A stretch of 64,000 nt of DNA from Octopus bimaculoides. Its lineage: Eukaryota. Position 1 is the first letter of the stretch; each line of letters opens with the position of its first letter. Both the position numbers and the translations under genes were made by a program. The notes below the pieces were generated by a model, which ran no database searches, was not told the DNA's origin, and saw only the letters and a program-made list of their open reading frames with translations. This document shows, in pieces, positions 36,877 to 49,303 of the stretch. The DNA lies in NCBI RefSeq assembly GCF_001194135.2, contig NC_068990.1, forward strand, positions 998,914 to 1,062,913, in the 5' to 3' direction.

Positions 36877-37412
36877 CTGTAAAAAGGCAGTCCATCAAAC
36901 ATTGTTGACAAGCTAATATTCCCTATGTTCAGTGAACATGTAGCAGTTGGTCACTTGGGATNNNNNNNNNNNNNNNNNNNNNNNNNNNNNNNNNNNNNNN
37001 NNNNNNNNNNNNNNNNNNNNNNNNNNNNNNNNNNNNNNNNNNNNNNNNNNNNNNNNNNNNNNNNNNNNNNNNNNNNNNNNNNNNNNNNNNNNNNNNNNNN
37101 NNNNNNNNNNNNNNNNNNNNNNNNNNNNNNNNNNNNNNNNNNNNNNNNNNNNNNNNNNNNNNNNNNNNNNNNNNNNNNNNNNNNNNNNNNNNNNNNNNNN
37201 NNNNNNNNNNNNNNNNNNNNNNNNNNNNNNNNNNNNNNNNNNNNNNNNNNNNNNNNNNNNNNNNNNNNNNNNNNNNNNNNNNNNNNNNNNNNNNNNNNNN
37301 NNNNNNNNNNNNNNNNNNNNNNNNNNNNNNNNNNNNNNNNNNNNNNNNNNNNNNNNNNNNNNNNNNNNNNNNNNNNNNNNNNNNNNNNNNNNNNNNNNNN
37401 NNNNNNNNNNNN

Positions 37413-37443
<31 letters not shown>

Positions 37444-37447
37444 CACA

Positions 37448-37939
37448 CAGTAATCACTCACTATATCGCGGTTCACCCATCGTGCCCTCAGTAGATCACA
37501 GATTTTTCTGGCTAATATATGTAAATTTATATCATGGACTCCTCGGTATATTGTGGGTTTCTGTGGCCAGTAGGTATTTATATTTTTTAGATCTCAATTA
37601 TTTCTGTGGTAAAATAAGCATTTTCACACCTAAAAATTAATAAATTAAAATGCAGCACAGTACTGCACTGTATAACACAATTAAAATATATTAAAAGAAA
37701 ATAGGTAGTGTACCGTAGATGAATAAACAAAGAATTGCGCATACTGTATGGAAATTGAAACTTGGGAGGTGAGTGTGTGGTGGTGTTTTGCATTTATAAT
37801 AAAATAAATATATATAAATTTTAAAAACAACAAAAAAACATATGGTACAGTACTGTTTCTACTTCGCAGATTTTCACCTATCACGGAGGTGGGGTGAGGG
37901 CTGGAATATAACACCTGTGATAGGTGAGAGATTACTCTG
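37448..37939. mobile_element. Tigger-like MITE
   Basis: Ends cagtaatcactcactatatcgcggttcacc / gtgataggtgagagattactctg are imperfect inverted repeats; AT-rich interior. Confidence 0.5.
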
Positions 37940-40256
37940 TGTGTGTGTGTGAGTATGTGTATAGATGTGTTGTTAGTGAAGGCACCTGGTTTTGTGTTTA
38001 GGGTATTTGGCTCATGACTAAGATTTTGAGTTTGATACTTGGCCACATGTTGTGTCCTTGAGCAAGACCCTTTATTTCATGTTACTCCAGTCTACTCAGC
38101 TGGCAAAAGTGAGTGGTAACTGTATTTCAAAGGGTCAGCTTTGTCACATTCTGTGTCATGCTGATAGCTACATTAAGGATACACGTGTCTGTGGAGTGTT
38201 CAGCCCCATGTACGTTAATTTCAAAAGCAGGCTGTTCAGTTAATTGGATCAACTGGAACCCTCATTATGGTAACTGATGGAGTGCCAATCTTTTCCATTT
38301 TTATAGATGCGATGTTTATATATCATCATCATCATCATCATGTAATGTCTGTTTTCCATGCTGATATGGTCTGGACAGTTTGAGATGAGCTGACCAGCTG
38401 AAGAGTTAGTCAGGCTTCCTGTCTGTTTTTGCATAGCTTCTATGGCTGGATAGTCTTCCTGATGCCAACTATTTTACAGAGTGTTTTGGGTGCTTCTACT
38501 CAGCACCAGCATGGGTGCTTTTTACATGGCACCACCATTTACGAGCCCACAAGGTTAGGGATGCTCAGCTGGAGAGGGTTGCAGGGGATGAGCCTGTATG
38601 CAAAGAAAGCCACACTTTTATTAGCTTGACATGTCTTTTCAAGCACAGCAAACTGCCAGGAGTCTCAGTTCTCTGTCATCTGCTCTTTGAGTCCCAATGC
38701 TTGTAAATCCTTTCTCATCACTTCATCCCATGTCTTCCTGGGTCTACCCCTTCCACATGTTCCCTCTGCAATTAGAGATGTGTAAATATATAAACACAAA
38801 ATCTGAGTATGGTTATTTCATGTTTATATTCCTTATAATCAATGTATCCTGTAGCCATCCACTTAAAAAAAAAAAGACAAACCTCCGGACTAAAATATTT
38901 CCAACATCAAAAACAGGTGAGTATTGGTGGCAAGAAAGACATTCAGCCATTAAACACTGCTACAAATATGTCTCCATCCAACCCATACCAGCATGGAATG
39001 AATGAGTGGTGTATGCATTATCATTTTACATTTGTTTTCTCCATGCTGTTATGGGCTGAACAAGTCTCTTTCTTCTGATTCTTCATCATCTGGTATGAAC
39101 GGATAACAGAGAAAAATCAGTAATCTTTATCACTGCAAAGATCACATTTTTTTTATTTTGTGTCTTTATTGCATGTCTTTTTTTTATTAATTTTTCTTTT
39201 TGCAGCTGGATTTCTAGCAGATAAAATGGTTATGAGGGGGGGGGGGCCTTCTTTCTTGGTTCAATATTTTAGAAGTAGCTATGGATTCTGAGGAGAAGAG
39301 AGTTGATCACAATAAATTTAGTTACAGATAATACACAAAATAATTTCATTGTCACCACAAAAACTGAAGTATCTACGTTCTACTTTATTTCTCTTATCGA
39401 GAAGGAGAATCAGCCTTTAAGAAAATATCAAGAATATATAATCAGAAAAATCTTAAAATCTACAGACAATTCATATCAGTACTCAAAAAAATAAACATAT
39501 GTGTGTGGGTGTGTATTTATATATATATTATTGCTTTCTGTTCTTTGTCTAGACTAAAATATAAATTATATTGCTTCACAAATCTTTAACATTATCTAGC
39601 TTATCTCTTTCACACCCAGGCATATTCCAGAAAGTAATATTGTGTATTTTCAGCAATTAAATTTTTCAGAATATAAAAGCTTGCTGCTGATATTCTTCGT
39701 TTATATTTTCTTGGCAAAAATGAAACAGAAATAACAATAAGAAAGATAAAAGCATAAAAATAAAGAAAAAGGCCAACCACATGATATGCAGATTATTTAC
39801 ATCCTGATAGTGTTGTGTCTGATTAACTTGACTTTGGCATTTAAACCAGCCATGTTCAGCCCATATATTCAACCTGTTTCCTGTTCAATCCAGTCAAATC
39901 CAGCCCATCACACTTACCCTACAATGCCATTCTAAAAATAAGTAGTCACAGCATTGAAATCTTGAAGCTAAGAGATAATGCAAGATTAATTCAAAACAAT
40001 GGGAATCAATAAGTATTACTTTTATCTTTTACTTATTTCAGTCATTAGACTGCAGCCATGCTGGAGCACTGCCTTGAAGAATATTTTGTTGAATGAACCA
40101 AACCTGGTACTTATTTTCTTTTTAAGTTTGGTGCTTATTCTATCCATCTCTTTTGCCAAACCACTAAGTTACGGAGATGTAAACACCAACACCAGTTGTC
40201 AAGCTGTGGTGGTGGTGGGGGACAAACACAAACATCATTATCATCGTTTAACATCT

Positions 40257-40295
<39 letters not shown>

Positions 40296-41689
40296 NNNNN
40301 NNNNNNNNNNNNNNNNNNNNNNNNNNNNNNNNNNNNNNNNNNNNNNNNNNNNNNNNNNNNNNNNNNNNNNNNNNNNNNNNNNNNNNNNNNNNNNNNNNNN
40401 NNNNNNNNNNNNNNNNNNNNNNNNNNNNNATATATATACACACACACACACACACATTCATACATATATATACAACAGAATTCTTTTAGTTTTCATCTAC
40501 CAAATCCACTCACAAGGCTTTGGTCTGTCCAGTAGAAGACATTTACCCAAAGTGTCATGCAGTGAGACTGAACATGGAACCATGTGGTTGGGAAGTAAAC
40601 TTCCTACCACACAACCTCATTTATCAGAGTAATCGGAATGTTAAAGGGTTAAACTACTTTTGTTATAACTGAATATATACTAAACTGCCTGTGACCATCT
40701 CTGGTTCTATCATACAAAATCTCTTGTTTTAATAATTCATACTGAAATTCTCTCATCGCAGTTTTATGCAAGGGTTTTCACTGAAGTTGTTATACTAAAA
40801 ATGGTTTTTGGAAGCATAAGTGATTAGGCCAAATATTTTAATTAGATACTTATAAATTGTTGATTATTTTCAAAGTTAGTTAAAACATGTTGATAGAACA
40901 CTTCATTAGAAATAAGGTCACAAAAGAGTTAATAATTAAATACAAATGTTATGAAAACCTATTTTACTTTATAAATCCATACTGATTAAAAATTCTTTGT
41001 CTGAAAGCAAATTAAAATTTTTATTTGCTTAGTTTCAGTGGAAGCTACTCATAACGATGGATAATTTCATCAACCAATTATTTTTATCGAAATAAGTGGA
41101 TCCTAGACTTTGCTTTTTCTTTGTTCTAAGCCAGTCATTGTTGTCAAAAGGGTTTCATTTCAAAGTGGTCACAATAAGTGGCTTCTACCATATATCCATA
41201 TGCATGCATCCATCCATCCATATGCATACTATATATATTTCTTTTATGTTTTTACTTGTTTCAGTCATTTGACTGCAGCCATGCTGGAGCACTGCCTTAG
41301 AGGGTTTTAGTTGAATAAATCAACTGGAACATTTATTTCTTAAGCCTAGTAATTATTATATCATTCTTTTTTGCCAATCTGCTAAGTTACAGGGTTGTAG
41401 ACATACTAACACTGGCTGTCAAGTAGTGATAGGGTGGGGACAAACACAGATACAAAGACACATACACACACACATAGATATATACATACACACATATATA
41501 TGACAGATCTCTTTCAGTTTCCTTCTACCAAATCACTCACAAGGCCTTGGTCAGCCCAAGGCTATGGAAGACAGTTTCCCAAGGTGCCACACAGTGGGAC
41601 TGAACCCAGAACCATGTGGTTGGGAAGTAAGCTTCTCACCACACAGCTATGCTATACATATTGATGACATCATTAGAATTTAGAAACTT

Positions 41690-42263
41690 CAGGAATTTAA
41701 GATGGGATGTCAATGGGAATTTCTGTATGCTGCTGATCTCATTTGTACAATCCAACCTGTATTAGAATTAGAAAAGAAGTCGCAGGTGTGGAAGCAAAAC
41801 ATGTAATCAAAGGACATCAAAGTTAGTGAAGCAAACACTGAAGTTTTACTAAACAGGAAAACAGGCAAGGTTTTATTTCCATCAGGGAAATGGCCTTGCT
41901 AGATATGTAATAATGAAGTAGGTAAAAATTCCATATGGTGTACCAAGTGCAAACTATCTTTCATCTTTTACTTGTTTCAGTCATTAGACTGCAGCCATGG
42001 TGGGGCACCGCCTTGAATTTTTAGTTGAATGAATTGACCCCAGGACTTACTTTTTACAAGCCTGGTACTTATTCTATTGGTGTCTTTTAGTGAACTGCTA
42101 AGTTACGGGGACACCAATACTGGTTGTCAATTGGTGTGTGAGTGTGTGTGTGGGAGAGACAAACACAGACATAAAGATACACACACACATTCTTTTATAT
42201 ATTTCAGCCCTGAGGCTGTGGCTATGCTGGGGCACATATATACATACATACATCTATATATAT

Positions 42264-42306
<43 letters not shown>

Positions 42307-43010
42307 CATACACACACACAGCAGACTTCTTTCAGTTTTCCTTCTACCAAATCCACTCACAAGGCTTTGGTCAGCTCGGGGCTATAGTAGAAGGCACTTG
42401 CCCAAGGTGCCATGTAGTAGGACTGAACCTGGAACCAAGCTTTGTACCACACAGCCACACCTGTACCTGGACACAAATGAAGTGCAGTGGAATAACTGGC
42501 GGGTTATTAGAGAAAGTAGACCTTGGATATGGCAGACACACAAGAGCAAGGAATATTAGAAGCAGACAGGAAATAGATTTCCTCAAATTCGTAGTAAGAC
42601 CTCAAGAGGTAGAAGATAGCATTAATTAGTAGAGGTGGAAGGTGTGCTGAAATTATTTTAGTAAGGGTGCAAAAGTCCAGAAAGTGATTACCTCTGTTGG
42701 TATCAAAAGGTTTTCTCTCTCAGAGTGAAAGGCAGACTGTACAATGCTTGTGTGTGAAGTGCAATGCCACATGAAGTGCAATGAGACATGGACCTTGAAA
42801 GGAGAGGATATGTGAAGACTAGAAAGACATGAAGCAAGCATGCTTGGTTATATGAGCAATATCAGTGTGCATGAATAGCGGAGCATGAACAACAGAGCGT
42901 GAACAACGGAGTGTGAACAGCAGAGCATGAACAGCAGAGCATGAATGTGTTGACAGAAAAACTGAGTATAATAGGAATCTGATGTAGTGTGCAAGAGTAG
43001 GCATGTATGC
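41690..43010 (+). mobile_element. RTE-clade LINE remnant (RT end and C-terminus) interrupted by a CORE-type SINE at about 41965-42460
   Basis: Degenerate LYAADL, VWKQNM.SKDIKVS, GKWPC, KCSGITG, KGFSLRVKGRLYNACV...ETW motifs, with many stops. Confidence 0.65.
42867..42946 (+). repeat. 14-bp minisatellite (gagcatgaacagca-like, about 5.5 units) inside the RTE remnant
   Basis: gtgcatgaatagcg/gagcatgaacaaca/gagcgtgaacaacg/gagtgtgaacagca/gagcatgaacagca/gagcatgaat. Confidence 0.85.
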
Positions 43011-43829
43011 AGTTACACAACTAACTTGAAACAACAGCCAACTTTCCCTCAGATCACATGCTACTGTCTTAAAAAATAACATTGCGTTAGATAATATAAG
43101 CCAAGACGCTCTAGAATAAGTGGGGTGGTCACCACAGGAATGTCTTTGATCATAAGTCAGTTGTATCAAGGTAGACAGGCCTGAATTTTATTGCCAATCA
43201 GAGGGTGATCGCAGGAAACCTTTTTCCAGTTTCTGATTGGAACAAATTTACTTCACACACATTGCTAATAGCCACAAGAAAAAAAAGGCATGAACATCAG
43301 ATAATCTCATTTGTTGCCCCTTTATTTCCACTTCCCAACACTGCGAGTCTGATCAGCAGAAATTTTCCCATAACAAAATAAACAGAGAGAGAGATAATTC
43401 TAGTAAATAAAATGAAAACTAAGTTATAAAAGAAAAATTATTAAAATAAAATCTCTAAAAAAAATCAGTCTAATTATCTTAATTATTAATTGTGGATTTC
43501 ACAGGATTAACTAATTACTTTACAAAACAACCAACCAACCAACATACCATCAAAACAGAACTTCCCTCCCCATCAAAACAAACAAAAAGACAACGTAATC
43601 AACAGTGTTTTGCAAAAAGATAACAAAAAAAAAAAGAGACAAAGTGATGAGGGGCACAGAGATGTGTTATTATGAGAACGATTCAGAATATGAACACAAT
43701 ATGAGAGGCACACAGAGATGCATGTAGACAGGGTGAAGGTGAAGTGTTTGTGAGAAGAAAGCAGGCAGTGGAATATTTAGTAAACAGAGAAAAAAGACAA
43801 GAGATAGAAAAAGAGGAACAGAGAGAGAG

Positions 43830-43880
<51 letters not shown>

Positions 43881-44069
43881 NNNNNNNNNNNNNNNNNNNN
43901 NNNNNNNNNNNNNNNNNNNNNNNNNNNNNNNNNNNNNNNNNTAAGCTTCTGCCATTGTTCTCTGTTTATCTTCTGGTGTTCCTCTGCATTGAAAACGCAA
44001 GAACATCTACAGCTGGTTGAGACACACAACAACAACAACAGTTGAAACAAAAAAAGAAAGATAATTTCT

Positions 44070-44420
44070 TTCTTAAACATTATCTTAACAACAACAACAA
44101 CACAAACAACAACTAAAATTGATAATAATTATATGGCGATAAGAACAACAAACAATGATCTATACATTGAATGAGTTAATTAGTATTTTGCTTTGCAATA
44201 TGAGGATAACAGTGATGATGATAACGATGATGATGATGATGATAAAAACATTAACGATGATAACAATATTGATAAAAATGCTGCGCTGCTGATGATGATG
44301 ATGTTGCTAATAATGATATCCACAATACCGATGATACCAACAATATTGATGAAGATGAAGATTACCATAATGTGATGCTAATAACAACAATAACGATGAT
44401 GCTGAAAATGATGTTAATGA
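44070..44420. repeat. Compound (AAC)/(GAT)/(AAT) trinucleotide low-complexity tract
   Basis: Read directly. Many other microsatellites occur, e.g. (GATA)n 2395-2444, (TACA)n 2626-2685, (GA)n 43820-43880, (CA)n/(TA)n throughout. Confidence 0.85.
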
Positions 44421-47400
44421 TTAAAAAAGATTAATTAATAAATGCTGTATAAAATAATCTTGTATTTTTATTCTTGCTTAATGTTCATTTTTTCCAATTT
44501 CTTTTTTTTCCTTCTATAATCCTTTCGTGAAGGAAATTTGCTGATATTGTAAGGTTTGTTGTTTAAAGCAATAAAATATTGCAATGACAACTACAACAAC
44601 ATGAGATGCTTTTGTCAAATGTAGTTTATCTTATTGCTCATACTAACAACAATAATAATGATAATAATCCATTATATGAAAAGCACAAGGCCTGAAATTT
44701 GTTGGGGAGGGACTAGTTGATTATATCAACCTTGGTGTTTCACTGGTACTTAATCTATCAGCCCCCAAAAGGGATGAAAGGCAAAGTCATCCTCAGTGGA
44801 ATTTGAACTCAGAACATGAGGACGGATGAAATACCACTAAGCATTTTGCAAGGTGTGCTAACAATTTTACCAGCTTGCCACCAATTTCTTTATTAACCAC
44901 AAAGGTTTCCCAGCCTATTTTCCTCCAGGCCTCCACAACAGCTTTCCAGAAAAATGCATGCCCCACCAGTGGTTGTGAAAAAGGATTTTATTTTTAATAT
45001 TCTATCACAGTTATTTGATACAAAAGAATCTACCAGTAATTCTTAAGCACTGAGTACCAAAAGAAAGTACATTATTGACTAAGAAAAAAAAAGTGAATCT
45101 CTTTAATGAGAACTTTATGCCTGGTGACTATGGCAGATTTCCTTGATTTGAGGAGACAATTTTGTTGGCTTCAGCTGTAGCATTAGAGCAGCGCTGTACT
45201 GTAACAAACAGTCTTCACATGGTATGCTTGGCTGGAGGGATTGGTTTGGCTAGGTTGAATATAGGTGTAGGATGTTTGCTGGGAAAAAAAGATTTTCACA
45301 ATTCCATGTCCCACTTAAGAAAAAAAAAAAAATTTTTGATCCCATGCCCCACTACAAATTTCCCAAGCCCTACCAGTGGGGCATACGTCCCATGTTGGGA
45401 ATCACTGGTTCACATTAAAAAACCATTGTGGACAGCACTGAACAAATAGGAAGGGGGGTTACACGAAAGTTATGTAAACAATGAAAAATTATTAATTATA
45501 ACAACAAAATTCCCCAAAGTGGCATCCTTCATGGAAACCCCACAAATCTACAACGGTCCTGACCACCTGGGTAAGCACCCTCTCCTCAATAACAATCCTT
45601 TCTCCTATAGAGACAAAGCTTGAAATTTTGGGCAAGTGGGCTAGGTTGATTATATCAACCTCATGGCTTAATGACACTTTAATATCATACCACAGTGCCA
45701 TGCGCTGAGAGTGAACCTGAAACACCATTTCTGCACACACACTCACTCAGATAATTCTTTTGCTGATTTCAAATATCAGACCAGACTGCATGTGGTCTTG
45801 CTTTCATACAGTTTCAGTTTATTTTATTAAAACATAAATGGTTTTAAAATATTCACTACAAGAAAAAAAACAAAACAAAACAAAAAAAAATATGCTGACA
45901 AAATGTGTTGGCAACAACAACTCTAATGGCAGTGATAAAATAAAGCATTGATGTTAATGATGTGTTGGTGTATCTCAGGCAATATCGTGAGAGTATAGTA
46001 ACTATTGGTGTAATAAAAAGCACCTGCTTCATGGTGTAAAGTGATGGATGAGAGGAAGAGCATCAAACTATTACAAGAACTATGCTCCTAAAAAAGGGGG
46101 AAGGAATGTGTGAGGAGAAGCAGTATAGAAGGAGCTTATTTATTGTCTCAGAAACAAACAAATGCTGGTGACACAATAAAATCCACCTGAACCATGCTAT
46201 AAAGTAGCAAATGATAATAGAAAAGGCATCATCATTGTCGTCATGGGTCTAACTTTCCCTTTTCCATGCTTGCATGAGTTGATCAGAGTTTACTGAGGCA
46301 AATTTGTTTTTACAGCCAGATGCAGTTCTCGTTGCCAAGCCTCACCCTGTTTCCAAGCAAGCTAATGTTTCCCCATGGGAAGCAGTGAGCTGGCAGAACC
46401 GTTAGCACACTGGGCGAAATACTCAGCAGTATTTTGGCTGTCACTACATTCTGAGTTCTAATTCCGCTGGGGTCGACTTTGCCTGTCATCCTTTCAGGGG
46501 TCAATGAATTAAGTACCAGTTGTGTATTGGGGTTGATCTAATCAGCTGGCCCTCTACTCTAAAATTCCAGGCCTTGTGCCTAGAGTAGAAAGGAATATTT
46601 CCCTATGGTCAGACCTGTTCATGCAGAATATTAGAAATGAATGACACTGCTTGTACAACTGTGACACACATTTACACACACAAACAGGGGGCTTCTTTCA
46701 GTTTCCATCTACCAAATCCACTCAGGTTTTGGTTGGCCTGAAGCTATGGTAGGAAACACTTATCCAGTTACTGTACAGTGGAACTGAACCTGAAATCGTG
46801 TGAATGGGAAGCAAATTTCTTACCACACAGCCATATCTGATCATCATCATCATCATCATCATTGTTTAACGTCCGCTTTCCATGCTAGCATGCGTTGGAC
46901 GGTTTGACTGAGGACTGGCGAACAAGATGGCTGCCCAAGACTCCAATCTGATCTGGCAGAGTCTACAGCTGGAGGCCCTTCCTAACGCCAACCACTCAGA
47001 GAGTGTAGTGGGTGCTTTTACGTGCCACCAGCATGAGGGCCAGTCAGGCGGTACTGGCAACGGCCATGCTCAAATGGTGTTTTTTATGTGCTACCTGCAC
47101 AGGAGCCAGTCCAGCGGCACTGGTAACGACCTCACTCAAATGTTTTTTCATGCGCCACCGGCACAAGTGCCAGTAAGGCGACGCTGGTAACGATCACGTT
47201 TGAATGGTGCTTTTAACATGCCACCGGCACGGAAGCCAGTCAGCTGCTCTGGCAGCAATCGCACTCGGATGGTGCTCTTAGTGCACCATTGGCGTGATAC
47301 TGATAAACAACAAGTAACAACAAAACTTAGTAATGAGCCAATGTGGGAGCTTCTATACACTTTCTTGACTTGCTAGGAATACCAGCTGAATCACCTTCAA

Positions 47401-48087
47401 ATTAAACAACCAAGTGGTTCTCAGTTCACACTTCTTTTGTCTCTCACTTGCTTCAGTCCTTAGACTGTGGTCATGCTGGGGCACCACCTTGAAGAATTTT
47501 TAGTTGAATGAATCAACCCCCAACACTTAGTAGTTCAGTAAAAGTGATTGAAAGAATAAGTTATGGGATGTAAACATACCAACACTGGTTGTCAAGCAGT
47601 GGTAGAGGACAAACATGGATGCAAAGACACACACACACACTTTTGATGGGCTTCTTTCAGATTCTGTCTACCAAATCCACTCACAAGGCTTTGGTCAGTG
47701 TGAAGCTATATAGGAGATACTTGCTCCAAGGTGCCACCCAATGAGATGGAACTTGGAACCATGTGGTTGAGAAGTAAGCTTCTTAACACACAGTCACATA
47801 GAAAGTTTAAATTATAAAAATCCTATGCTTTATACTTGAAAATATAATAAAATAAATGTATACAAAGTAATTTTTATGACCATTTAAAACAAGAATCAAA
47901 TTGATGAAGTTATTACTTTGCAATACATTCTGGAAGATCTGAACATTATTGTTAGTCACTGTTGTATTTCACCTCTGGAGAACACCTCCTTTCATATGAT
48001 GTGCTTTGACAACACACTCAATTCTGGGACATAGATCTACTTGAGATCAGTCTTTTTGACCTGATTATGTCACTTCAAAATAAATAA

Positions 48088-48116
<29 letters not shown>

Positions 48117-48118
<2 letters not shown>

Positions 48119-49303
48119 GCAATACCTCCATTTACAAGGACCTGCTTTATGAAACCCCAGGTTTACAGACTTCTGACCGAGACCTTTGGAAATATGCTGT
48201 GCGTGAGAAGACCCGGCAAGCCAAGTGAGACGTAAACCCAAGGCCTCTGCCAGGGGTATAGCCAACCCACTTACGTGTACCTTCCTTCATTAGACACTAA
48301 ACTCCGCTTGCGAAGGCCTGCTGAGGCAAGTGAAATCGAAACCGAACTAAATTCGACAACTGGCACCCATGCCAACGTCGTCTCCTTCATTGGACACGAA
48401 ACTCGGCTTGCGAAGACCTGTTGGGGCAAGCGAAAGCGAAATCGTGATGGCACCTGTGCCCAGCGTCGCCTTCCTGGCACGTGTAAAGACATTCAAGCAA
48501 GATCGTTGCCAGTGTCGCTGGACTGGCTCTTGTGCAGGTGGCACATAAAATACACCATTTTGAGCGTAGCCATTGCCAGTACCGTCTGACTGGCCTTCAT
48601 ATCAGTGGCACGTAAAAGCACCCACTACACTCTCGGAGTGGTTGGCATTAGGAAGCGCACCCAGCTGTGGAAACTCTGCCAAATCAAATTGGAGGCTGGT
48701 GTAGCCATCTGGTTCACCAGTCCTCGGTCAAATCGTCCAATCCATGCTAGCATGGAAAGCGGACATTAAACGATGATGATGATGATTTTATGATAAATAT
48801 AAAAAGGTTAAAGCACAAGATCCAAATTTTGAATGATGTGTAAATATTTCTACATCCATAACAAATGCTTTTGCATGTTACCAAGAAATTTATAGAGAGC
48901 GGAAAAAAAGCTTCTTCTAAGCAAACAAATCTAGACTTGCTTTTTAAAAAGAAATCGACAGATCCGTCAATGAGTCCTTGTGAATTGATGATCATGTCTA
49001 CAAGTGATGGTATGCACGAGTCTAGTGTGAGTGAAAGTGATTCAGAAAACAATCATAGCAATATTTTTATTATAAATGATCTTGACATTCTTTTTACTTT
49101 ATATAAAATATTCTTCACATTCTACTGTTGTTTTATTGCCATTTATTTATGAGTATTATAAATTTTATCGATAAAATATTTTTCTGGGAATGAACTACGA
49201 TTTATAACATTGCTACCATGGAAAATTATTGCTCTGCTTTGTGAGTATTTACATTACGAGTGGTCTCTGGGAACAAATTAACTTGTATATCGAGGCATTA
49301 TTG
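48117..49303 (+). mobile_element. Tigger/pogo-like internally deleted DNA transposon with a SINE inserted at about 48190-48786
   Basis: 22-bp imperfect TIRs cagcaatacctccatttacaag / cttgtatatcgaggcattattg followed by TA. Internal NAFACYQEIYRERKK...KQTNLDLLFKK resembles a Tigger transposase C-terminus. Confidence 0.55.
48190..48786 (+). mobile_element. (GAT)n-tailed SINE-like family with modular interior, representative copy
   Basis: Shared 3' block aaaagcacccactacactctcggagtggttggcattaggaag...ccatgctagcatggaaagcggac.ttaaacgatgatgat. Other copies at 1-124, 3920-4150, 19780-19990, 46845-47290, 54620-54990, 61329-61520 (minus) and 22648-22840, 28548-29000, 31745-32070, 51150-51732, 59175-59570 (plus). 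Confidence 0.85.

Noticed and set aside
44193-44375. Asp/Asn-rich ORF
   Set aside because: Translation of (GAT)/(AAT) microsatellite with no splice or homology support.
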